Part shown: positions 1-7,500 of the stretch, one piece after another
Position numbering within the stretch: the stretch's first letter is position 1
Layout of the letters: every line of letters starts with the position of its first letter
NCBI GenBank assembly: GCA_031431875.1
Contig: JANPEF010000072.1
Span: 1-25,008, forward strand
Length of the DNA stretch: 25,008 nucleotides
From: Candidatus Eiseniibacteriota bacterium
Lineage (GTDB): Bacteria; Eisenbacteria; RBG-16-71-46; DASYSL01
Direction: 5' to 3'
Notes under the pieces: generated by a model
Databases searched by the model: none
What the model was told of the DNA's origin: nothing
Seen by the model: only the letters and a program-made list of their open reading frames with translations
Translations under genes and position numbers: made by a program

Positions 1-637
1 CGTCGCCGGCCGCGGCGGCGTCGGGCCGCGCCGCAAGTTCGCGCAGCGTGTGGAGCGCGGGCGCGGCGAGCAGCGCGCGGTTTGCGCGCCAGCGCGCGAG
101 GCCCTCGGCGGGCGTGATCCATTCGCCGGCCTGCAGTTCGCCCGGATCGTGCGTGGCGACCTCACCGTCGGGCAGCTCGCACAGCCAGAAGTAGGTGTCG
201 AAGCCACCGGGCGTGAACGGCGGCGACACCCAGCGGCCAGCCGCCACGAAGTCGGCGGGGTCGATCACGAGATCCTCGGCGGCGAGGAACTTCTCGAGCG
301 ACAGGTCCTCGGCGAGGAGCGCGGCCCGCGCCTCGACCCGGCGCCCGTGCGGAACGCGCCGCGCACCGCGCGCGAGCAGCACGCCGGTCTCCTCGAACGT
401 CTCGCGCACGAGGCACGCCAGGAGCGCCGCCCGCGCCGGGTCATCGACGCCCGGGATCGCCACCGAGCGGTCCGCGCGGGCGACGCGTCCGCCGGGAAAT
501 GCGTGGAATCCGCCCAGGAAGGCGAGCTCGTCTCGACGCTGCACCCAGAAGGCCTCGAGGCCCGGCGCGCGCCGCCACAGGACGGCGGCAGAGGCGAGCG
601 CGACGGGACGGGCGGAGGACGGCGGCACGGAGGACAT
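1..637 (-). CDS. NUDIX hydrolase domain protein (NUDT19-like), 3' end truncated by the window edge; may be the N-terminus of a NUDIX/metallo-beta-lactamase fusion
   Basis: Manual translation from ATG 637, open to base 1: MSSVPPSSARPVALASAAVLWRRAPGLEAFWVQRRDELAFLGGFHAFPGGRV...ACLVRETFEETGVLL...GRWVSPPFTPGGFDTYFW. Split Nudix box FPGG...RETFEETG. No stop inside the window, which probably explains its absence from the ORF track. Confidence 0.85.
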   Translation of the reverse strand, partial: MSSVPPSSARPVALASAAVLWRRAPGLEAFWVQRRDELAFLGGFHAFPGGRVARADRSVAIPGVDDPARAALLACLVRETFEETGVLLARGARRVPHGRRVEARAALLAEDLSLEKFLAAEDLVIDPADFVAAGRWVSPPFTPGGFDTYFWLCELPDGEVATHDPGELQAGEWITPAEGLARWRANRALLAAPALHTLRELAARPDAAAAGD

Positions 638-698
638 GGACCCCTTCTAACACGCGCGCGACGGGGCGTCGAGGCGTCTCGAGCCGCCTCGGCCCGCG

Positions 699-707
699 TG
701 CTACGAT
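699..707 (+). promoter_or_regulatory. Putative extended -10 element (TGcTACGAT) for mutY
   Basis: Matches TGnTAnnnT; 7 nt before in-frame GTG 715; no Shine-Dalgarno visible. Confidence 0.5.
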
Positions 708-714
708 CCTCCCC

Positions 715-1794
715 GTGAGCCCCCGCGCGATGAAGCCGACGCCCTCGAATCCGCCTGCCGCACCCGAGCGCGGCCGCGCCCTCGCCGGCGCGCTCGTGCG
801 CTGGTTCCGCGCCGGCCACCGCGACCTGCCGTGGCGCAAGACGCGCGAGCCCTACCGCGTGTGGATCTCCGAGATCATGCTGCAGCAGACCCGTGTCGAG
901 GTCGTCGTCCCCTACTACGAGCGCTTCGTCGTGCGCTTCCCGACGGCGCACGCGCTGGCCGCCGCACCCCTCGACGACGTGCTCGCCGCGTGGGCCGGCC
1001 TCGGCTACTACCGCCGCGCGCGGCAACTGCAGGCGGCCGCCGCACTCGTCGTGCGCGATCACGGCGGCGTGCTGCCGGCCGACGAGACCGCGTTGCGCGC
1101 GCTGCCGGGCATCGGTCGCTACACCGCGGGCGCAATCCGCTCGATCGCGTTCGGCCAGGCCGCACCGATCGTCGACGGCAACGTGGCGCGCGTGCTCTCC
1201 CGACTATTCGCCCTCCCCGGCGGCCCGGGCGAGGCGGCATGGGAGAAGCGCCTGTGGACTCTTGCCGCGGCACTCGTCCCCGCCGCCAATCCATCTGCGT
1301 TCAACCAGGGGCTCATGGAACTCGGTGCGACGGTGTGCACGCCGCGCTCGCCCGGCTGCGACTCGTGTCCACTCGCGCGCTTCTGCAAGGCGCATGCGAC
1401 CGGTCGCGAAGAGGCTTACCCGCCGGCGAAGCAGCGCGCAAAGGTCGAGCGGATCGAGCGCTGGGTGCTGCTCGCGGTGCGCCCGCGCGATGGTGCCGTG
1501 TGGATGCGCCGCCGTGGCGCCGACGAGCACAACGCGGGACAGTGGGAAGCGCCGCTGGTGGCGCCTGCCGACGCGGACACCGGACCGCGCGTGGGTGCGC
1601 GCGAGCTGGGCACGGTGCGACACGCGATCCTCGCCACGGACTTTCGCGTGCGGGTCTTCCTGCTGCCGGGCGCGCGGGCGCCAGGGGGCGCTGGCCCCGG
1701 GCGCTGGCGCGCACCGGATGCCGAGGGGCCGGTGACGACGATCACGCGGAAGGCCCTGGCGCTGCTCGCATCCCAGCCGGCACTCACGCGCTGA
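715..1794 (+). CDS. mutY: A/G-specific adenine DNA glycosylase MutY (start GTG 715 or ATG 730)
   Basis: RDLPWR, PYRVWISEIMLQQT, WAGLGYYRRAR, HhH LPGIGRYTAGAI, VDGNVARV, NQGLMELGA, [4Fe-4S] motif C-x6-C-x2-C-x5-C (CTPRSPGCDSCPLARFC). Confidence 0.96.
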   Translation: MSPRAMKPTPSNPPAAPERGRALAGALVRWFRAGHRDLPWRKTREPYRVWISEIMLQQTRVEVVVPYYERFVVRFPTAHALAAAPLDDVLAAWAGLGYYRRARQLQAAAALVVRDHGGVLPADETALRALPGIGRYTAGAIRSIAFGQAAPIVDGNVARVLSRLFALPGGPGEAAWEKRLWTLAAALVPAANPSAFNQGLMELGATVCTPRSPGCDSCPLARFCKAHATGREEAYPPAKQRAKVERIERWVLLAVRPRDGAVWMRRRGADEHNAGQWEAPLVAPADADTGPRVGARELGTVRHAILATDFRVRVFLLPGARAPGGAGPGRWRAPDAEGPVTTITRKALALLASQPALTR

Positions 1795-2698
1795 CGCGCG
1801 GCGTCGGCCCCGCCGCGCCGGACGCAGGCCGCACGCGCGTCGACGCCGGATCGACGAACAGGCGACGGTAGAACATGCGCGGAACGAAGCCCGCGCGCTC
1901 GTAGGCGCGGCGCGCGGGCGCGTTGTCCTCGCGCACGAACAGGCACACGGCGGGCACGCCGACAGGCGCCGCCGCAGTCATCAGCAGATGCACCAGCTGC
2001 GCCGTGCCGCGCCGCGCCAGGCCCTGCCCGCGCGCGAACGGCTCGGTGAACACGCCGACGATCTGTGCGCCGACCGGGCAGAGCGCCGAGATCTCGGCCT
2101 TGAACACGATCTTCCCGTCGCGGCGTACGATGAACGTGCGCCCCTCCTCGATGTTGCGCGTGACGTGGCGCACGTAGCCCTCGCCCATCGTCGAGAGCGG
2201 ATCCTCGCCGGTCTCCTCGCGGTAGGCGCGCGCGCTGACATCGATCAGGTCGCCCAGGTCCTCGCGCACGGCAACGCGCAGGTCGACCTCGCGCTCGGCG
2301 GCGAGCGTCGCGGCGTCGACGGTCATGAACACCTCGCGCCAGTCGCGATCGGCGCGCAAGCCTCCCGCGGCGAGGTGCCCCCACACATCGGTCACCTGGT
2401 CCCACTCCCCGACGACGAGGCGCACGCGTGAGCGGTCCTTCCACGCCTCCTCGGCGAACAGCCGCCGAACGTGCGGCTCCTCGGCCGCGAAGACGATGAG
2501 CCCACCGTGACCGAGGAACATCACGCCGTCGAGACGATCCCCGTGGAAGGCGCCCAGGAAGCGGCCCTGCGCCGCGCCGTCGGGCACGGACAGCGCACCC
2601 TCGAACACCTTGCTTGCGAGGTAGACGTCGCGCATCCCGTGCGCCGTCAGGAACGCCCAGGCGGCCTCGGAGTGGCGGGGTTGGAGGGGCTGCACCAT
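1784..2698 (-). CDS. GNAT family N-acetyltransferase (DUF4081/FR47-like architecture)
   Basis: C-terminal GVFTEPFARGQGLA acetyl-CoA loop and LFVREDNAPARRAYERAGF motif; overlaps the mutY 3' end by 11 bp. Confidence 0.85.
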   Translation of the reverse strand: MVQPLQPRHSEAAWAFLTAHGMRDVYLASKVFEGALSVPDGAAQGRFLGAFHGDRLDGVMFLGHGGLIVFAAEEPHVRRLFAEEAWKDRSRVRLVVGEWDQVTDVWGHLAAGGLRADRDWREVFMTVDAATLAAEREVDLRVAVREDLGDLIDVSARAYREETGEDPLSTMGEGYVRHVTRNIEEGRTFIVRRDGKIVFKAEISALCPVGAQIVGVFTEPFARGQGLARRGTAQLVHLLMTAAAPVGVPAVCLFVREDNAPARRAYERAGFVPRMFYRRLFVDPASTRVRPASGAAGPTPRVSA

Positions 2699-2704
2699 GG
2701 CTGG

Positions 2705-2726
2705 AATCTAGCGCATCTGCTAATCT
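2705..2726. promoter_or_regulatory. Back-to-back -10 elements for GNAT (-) and ispH (+)
   Basis: Minus-strand TAGATT (2710-2705) is 6 nt before ATG 2698; plus-strand TGcTAATCT (2718-2726) is 8 nt before ATG 2735; the gap between starts is only 36 bp. Confidence 0.55.
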
Positions 2727-2734
2727 CACGACTC

Positions 2735-3724
2735 ATGGAAATCCTCCTCGCCAGCCCGCGCGGCTACTGTGCGGGCGTCGATCGCGCGATCGACGTCGTG
2801 ACCATCGCCATCGAGCTCTATGGAGCACCGGTCTACGTGCGGCACGAAATCGTGCACAACCGGCACGTCGTCGAGTCGCTGCGCGAGCGCGGCGCGATCT
2901 TCGTCGACGAGCTGGCTGACGTGCCGCGCGGCTCGGTCGTCGTCTTCAGCGCGCACGGCGTCTCCCCCGCGATCCGCAGGGAAGCCGCGGAGCGCGGGCT
3001 CAAGCCGATCGACGCGACGTGCCCGCTGGTGACCAAGGTCCACCTCGAGGCGCTGCGCTTCGCGAAGGCCGGGCACCAGATCGTGCTCATCGGCCACGCC
3101 GGCCACGCCGAGGTCGAGGGCACGATGGGCGAGGCGCCCGAGGCAATGGTGCTGGTGCAGAGCAAGGAGGACGTGGCGAAGCTCGAGGTGAAGGACCCCG
3201 CGAAGCTGGCCTACCTCACGCAGACGACCCTTTCGGTCGACGAGACGACGGTGATCATCGATGCGCTCAAGGAGCGCTTCCCCGAGATGCGTGGCCCGGC
3301 GCGCGAGGACATCTGCTATGCGACGACGAACCGCCAGGCGGCGGTCAAGGAGCTGGCGGCGCGCTGTGACCTGGTGCTCGTAGTCGGCTCGCCGACGAGC
3401 AGCAACTCGAGCCGGTTGCGCGAGGTCGCCGAGCTGTGCGGCGCCACGTCGTACCTGGTCGAGAGCGTGCACGACGTCGACCCCGCGTGGCTCGCGGGCA
3501 AGCGATCGATCGGCGTCACCGCCGGCGCGTCGACGCCCGAGCACCTGGTGAGCGAGCTCGTGACGTGGCTCGAGGCACGCGGCGCCGCCCCGGCGAGCGA
3601 TCTCGTCGCCGTCGCCGAGACGATGTTCTTCCACCTGCCCAGCGACCTGGCAAAGGACCTCGCCGAATCCGGCCGCGCCGACGCCATCCTCGGCGAGAGC
3701 GGCCGCACGCTGCGCACGCGCTAG
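2735..3724 (+). CDS. ispH: 4-hydroxy-3-methylbut-2-enyl diphosphate reductase
   Basis: PRGYCAGVDRAI, HEIVHN, FSAHGV, DATCPLVTKVH, GHAEVEG, QTTLS, DICYATTNRQ, SSNS, GVTAGASTP; all three Fe-S Cys present. Confidence 0.98.
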   Translation: MEILLASPRGYCAGVDRAIDVVTIAIELYGAPVYVRHEIVHNRHVVESLRERGAIFVDELADVPRGSVVVFSAHGVSPAIRREAAERGLKPIDATCPLVTKVHLEALRFAKAGHQIVLIGHAGHAEVEGTMGEAPEAMVLVQSKEDVAKLEVKDPAKLAYLTQTTLSVDETTVIIDALKERFPEMRGPAREDICYATTNRQAAVKELAARCDLVLVVGSPTSSNSSRLREVAELCGATSYLVESVHDVDPAWLAGKRSIGVTAGASTPEHLVSELVTWLEARGAAPASDLVAVAETMFFHLPSDLAKDLAESGRADAILGESGRTLRTR

Positions 3725-3728
3725 CCGG

Positions 3729-4889
3729 TCACTTCTGCTTCAGCCCCGCCCGCATCTTCTGGTTGGGGTGCACCGCGTCCGGCGGCGTCGCATCCTCCAC
3801 CGTGCCACCGAAGGCCAGCACGCGCTCGCGGAAGTAGTCGTCGCGGGGTGCGAGAGCGAACGCGCGCTTGGCCTCGATCAGCGCACCCGTGCGATCGCCC
3901 TGGCGGGCGCGCAACTCGGCGATCGTGTCCCGGAACTCCGGATTCGCGGGCTCGTCGGCGGCGGCCCGCCGTGCGGCGACCTCGGCGCGATCGAGCCACG
4001 CGCCGTGTTGCGCCATCCCCCACGCCATCGCATTGAGTGCGCTCGCCGGAAGTGCCGTGTCGGCCAGCGCCGCGCCGACGCGCGACTCGGCCTGGGCGCG
4101 CTCTGCGGTGGCCGCACTCGCGCGGCCCGCCGTCGCGATCAACTCGGCGAAGTGGAGGTGCGACTCGACGAGGCGCGCCGCCGCGTGGACGCGGAACAGG
4201 CGATCGAGCTCGGCGAGCGGGTCGGGGTGATCGTCGACGCGCAGGTAGATCCAGCGTGTGGCGTCGGCGGGTCGCTCGGGATCGACGCGACCGACCAGCA
4301 GCGCTGCCGAGCGCAGCGGCCGACTCGCGGCGGGCGCTCCCATGCGCAGCGAGGCGAGCAGGCGCTCTGGCAGCGGCAGGTCGGTCCACACGACGAACGA
4401 GTCGTGCACCGCGAGCAGCACGTCGCCGCGGGCGAGTGCGCTCCCCTGCACCGCGACCATGGTGTCGATCACACCGCCGGAATAGCCAGTGAGTTCGAGT
4501 CCGGTGTAACCGCCCGGCCGGCCGCGGCGGTCGAGCACCCCGATCTGGCGACGCAGGTACGAGGGATCGCGCTTGTACAGCGTGTCGCAGAGCGCCTGTG
4601 GATCCATGCCGTCGCGCAGCCGGGCGAGCCCGAGCGGACCCCAACTGGGGTTGACGTCACCCTGGGTCGCGATCGCGCCCATGCCCGCCTGCACCCACGG
4701 CACTTCGGCGCCACAGCCGGGGGCGTGCGACACGACCGCCACGCCGATTGCGCCGGTGCCGCGCTCGGTGCCGATGACCGACAGCGTGCCCTGCATGTCG
4801 GAGGCAGATACCGGCCGACAGGCCGGGGCGACCATGAGCCCGGCGATGGCGGCGACGATGACCCCGACCTCTAGACGCACCACGCTCAT
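3729..4889 (-). CDS. Exported DUF1028 (Ntn-hydrolase-like) protein with C-terminal TPR
   Basis: Hydrophobic N-terminus, then TLSVIG...GVAVVS...VPWVQAGMGAIATQ...NPSWGPLGL...RQIGVLD...YTG...LRVDDHPDPLAEL; TPR-like tail LNAMAWGMA...DTIAEL. ATG overlaps the upstream SDR stop (ATGA 4889-4886). Confidence 0.85.
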   Translation of the reverse strand: MSVVRLEVGVIVAAIAGLMVAPACRPVSASDMQGTLSVIGTERGTGAIGVAVVSHAPGCGAEVPWVQAGMGAIATQGDVNPSWGPLGLARLRDGMDPQALCDTLYKRDPSYLRRQIGVLDRRGRPGGYTGLELTGYSGGVIDTMVAVQGSALARGDVLLAVHDSFVVWTDLPLPERLLASLRMGAPAASRPLRSAALLVGRVDPERPADATRWIYLRVDDHPDPLAELDRLFRVHAAARLVESHLHFAELIATAGRASAATAERAQAESRVGAALADTALPASALNAMAWGMAQHGAWLDRAEVAARRAAADEPANPEFRDTIAELRARQGDRTGALIEAKRAFALAPRDDYFRERVLAFGGTVEDATPPDAVHPNQKMRAGLKQK

Positions 4890-5629
4890 GCTCCTCCTCC
4901 CGCGCCCACGGCAACGTGCGCGCCACTGATGTGCACCGATGCGGGTGCGGCGAGGAACGCCACCACCCGGGCGACGTCCTCGGGCCGCACCGAACCCGGA
5001 CCCACGGCGTTCACGGTCACGCCGCGGCCCAGTTCCTCGGCGGCGAGCGTGCGGACCAGCGAGACCAGCGCCGCCCGCGCCGCCGCCACCGCGCCGGCGC
5101 CCGGCGTGGCAACGAGCGGATCGGTCGGCGCTCCGGTCAGCAACACGATGCGGCCGAAACCCTGCGCTCGCATCGCCGGCAGAACGGCGCGCGAGCAGAA
5201 GAATGCCGCGTCGAGGTGCGTGCGCAGCACGTCGCGCCAGTCGGCCGGCGTGGTCTCGCCAAGCCTGTTCCCGCCGTTCATCGCTGCGCCGGCCGCATGC
5301 ACGAACACGGTCGGCGCACCGAGTACTGCGGTCACCTCGACCCACAGGCGCTCGACCTCCTCGGGCACACCGATCGAGGCGGCGACTGCGATGGCGCGAC
5401 CCGACTCGCGTTCGCACAGGTCGGCGACCGCGTCGGCCGCGGCGGCGGCGTCCGGATCGTCGTGGTCGCTGGTCAGCGCCACGAGGCAGCCGGCGCGGGC
5501 GAGTGCCAGCCCGCAGGCGCGCCCCAGCGCGGTGGAGCCGCCCGTGACCAGCGCGACCCGGCCGGTCAGGGGCACTTCGGAGACGACCTCGGTGACGTTC
5601 ACGGCGACCTCCGCGGGGGATCCGGGCAC
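4886..5629 (-). CDS. Atypical short-chain dehydrogenase/reductase (FabG-like fold, catalytic motif degenerate); exact start uncertain
   Basis: LTGRVALVTGGSTALG, FGRIV, GVTVNAVGPG, PEDVA, HISG are SDR landmarks; the YxxxK position reads VAAAR. Confidence 0.85.
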   Translation of the reverse strand: MPGSPAEVAVNVTEVVSEVPLTGRVALVTGGSTALGRACGLALARAGCLVALTSDHDDPDAAAAADAVADLCERESGRAIAVAASIGVPEEVERLWVEVTAVLGAPTVFVHAAGAAMNGGNRLGETTPADWRDVLRTHLDAAFFCSRAVLPAMRAQGFGRIVLLTGAPTDPLVATPGAGAVAAARAALVSLVRTLAAEELGRGVTVNAVGPGSVRPEDVARVVAFLAAPASVHISGAHVAVGAGGGA

Positions 5630-5734
5630 GCCGGACCACGGCGTGGGCCCGTGGGTCTTGCCGCGACGCGGGCGGACAGGTAGCTTACAGCCACTAGGCT
5701 CCGCCTGAATACACCCTCACGCGAGGCACACGGC

Positions 5735-6517
5735 ATGGATGCAACCGACCTCACCGGCCGCACCGCCATGGTGCTCGGCGTCGCCAACCACCGCTCGATC
5801 GCCTGGGGCATCGCGCGCGAGTTGTCGGCGCACGGTGCCCGCCTGGTGATCACCTACCAGGGCGAGCGCTTCCGCAGCGGGCTCGAGGAGCTGGTGGCCG
5901 AGGCCGGCATCGAGGACGCTGTGCTCCTGCCCTGTGACGTCTCCGACGACGCCCAGATGGACGCCTGCTTCGCCGCCGTCAAGGAACAGGTCGGCGGCCT
6001 CGACATGCTCGCGCACTGCATAGCCTATGCGGCGCGCGAGAATCTCGAGGGCGCGTTCCGCGACACCAGCCGCGACGGCTGGCGAACGGCGCTCGAAATC
6101 AGCGCGTGGTCGCTGCTGGCGCTGGCCAGGCGCGCCGTCCCCCTGATGGAGGGGCGCGCCGGCTCGATCATCGCCCTGTCGTACCTCGCCGCCGAGCGCG
6201 CGGTTCCCAATTACAATGTGATGGGCAGCGCCAAGGCCGCGCTCGAGCAGATCGTCCGCCAGCTCGCATTCGAACTCGGACCGCTCGGCGTGCGGGTCAA
6301 CTGTGTGTCCGCGGGGCCGATCTCGACGCTGTCGGCGCGCGGGATCGCCGGCTTCTCGCGCTCGCTCGAGGCCGTCGCCGAGAAGGCGCCGCTCAAGCGC
6401 AACGTCAGGCTCGACGACATCGCGCGCGCGGGCTACTTCCTGCTCTCCGATCTTTCCAGCGGCGTGACCGGCGAGACGCTGTACGTCGATTGCGGCTACA
6501 ACATCATGGGAGTGTGA
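5735..6517 (+). CDS. fabI: Enoyl-ACP reductase FabI
   Basis: GVANHRSIAWGIA, LPCDV, ISAWSL, catalytic Y-x6-K (NYNVMGSAKAALE), RVNCVSAGPI, GVTGETLYVDCG; GAGG RBS upstream. Confidence 0.96.
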   Translation: MDATDLTGRTAMVLGVANHRSIAWGIARELSAHGARLVITYQGERFRSGLEELVAEAGIEDAVLLPCDVSDDAQMDACFAAVKEQVGGLDMLAHCIAYAARENLEGAFRDTSRDGWRTALEISAWSLLALARRAVPLMEGRAGSIIALSYLAAERAVPNYNVMGSAKAALEQIVRQLAFELGPLGVRVNCVSAGPISTLSARGIAGFSRSLEAVAEKAPLKRNVRLDDIARAGYFLLSDLSSGVTGETLYVDCGYNIMGV

Positions 6518-7500
6518 TCGTGCCGCCTGCCGCACCCGCCCAGGTGCAGAAGCTGCTCAGCGAGCGCCTTGGCGCCCGCCTCAAGTCCGCCGAGCCGATG
6601 AAGCGTCACACCACGCTGCAGATCGGCGGCCCCGCCGACTGGTACTTCGATGCGCGCACCGCCGAGGACGTCGAACTCGCGCTCACCGCGGCGGCCGAGG
6701 CCGCGCTGCCGGTGTTCGTGCTCGGCGGCGGCTCGAACCTGCTGGTCTCGGACGAGGGCTTCCGCGGCCTCGTGCTCCACGTCGCCTGCGACCAGGTCAG
6801 CTTCGAGGACGGCGACGCCGTCGCGCGCGTCGAGTCCGGCCGCGACTTCCTCGAGTTCATCGGACTGTGCCGCGATCGTTCCCTGAGCGCGCTCGAGTTC
6901 GCCGCCGGCGTACCCGGCGACATCGGCGGCGCCGTGCACGGCAATGCGGGCTGCTACGGGCACTCGATCGGCGAGTTCGTGATCGATGGCGTGCTGGCGC
7001 CCAAGGGCGGCGGCCCGTCGATCCACGTCGGCGCGGAGTGGTTCGAGTTCGAGTACCGCGAATCGCGACTCAAGCGCGAGCCGACGCACGTGCTCACGCA
7101 GACACGCGTCCGCCTCGCGGCAGCGCGGCAGGAGGACGTGCAGGCGATGATCGACGACAAGCTCGAGGAGCGCCGCGTGAAGCACCCGCAGTGGCGCACC
7201 GAGCCGACCGCCGGCAGCTACTTCAAGAACCTGCCCGCCCCCGCCCCCGGTGAGCATCGTGTGCCAGCCGGCAGGGTGCTCGACCAGGCGAACTGCCGCG
7301 GGCTGCGCGTCGGCGACGCGATGGTCTTCGCCAAGCACGCCAACATCCTGGTGAACGCGGGAAACGCCACGGCGCAGGAGATGCTGACGCTCGCCGAGGT
7401 GATGAAGCGCCGCGCCCACGCGGTCGCGGGAATCTGGCTCGAGGAAGAGGTGTTGTTCGTCGGGCCGCGGCCGAAGCTGCTGGCGCATTCGGAGCTCTAG
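6514..7500 (+). CDS. murB: UDP-N-acetylmuramate dehydrogenase MurB
   Basis: HTTLQIGGPA, VLGGGSNLLVSDEG, GVPGDIGGAVHGNAGCYG, FEYRES, TAGSYFKN, KHANILVN, LEEEV; GTG overlaps the fabI stop (GTGA); alternative start 6520. Confidence 0.95.
   Translation: MIVPPAAPAQVQKLLSERLGARLKSAEPMKRHTTLQIGGPADWYFDARTAEDVELALTAAAEAALPVFVLGGGSNLLVSDEGFRGLVLHVACDQVSFEDGDAVARVESGRDFLEFIGLCRDRSLSALEFAAGVPGDIGGAVHGNAGCYGHSIGEFVIDGVLAPKGGGPSIHVGAEWFEFEYRESRLKREPTHVLTQTRVRLAAARQEDVQAMIDDKLEERRVKHPQWRTEPTAGSYFKNLPAPAPGEHRVPAGRVLDQANCRGLRVGDAMVFAKHANILVNAGNATAQEMLTLAEVMKRRAHAVAGIWLEEEVLFVGPRPKLLAHSEL

Noticed and set aside
1..1794. NUDIX plus mutY as a mutT-mutY 8-oxoG repair pair
   Set aside because: The NUDIX box is split by an insertion and the protein exceeds 212 aa, unlike compact MutT.
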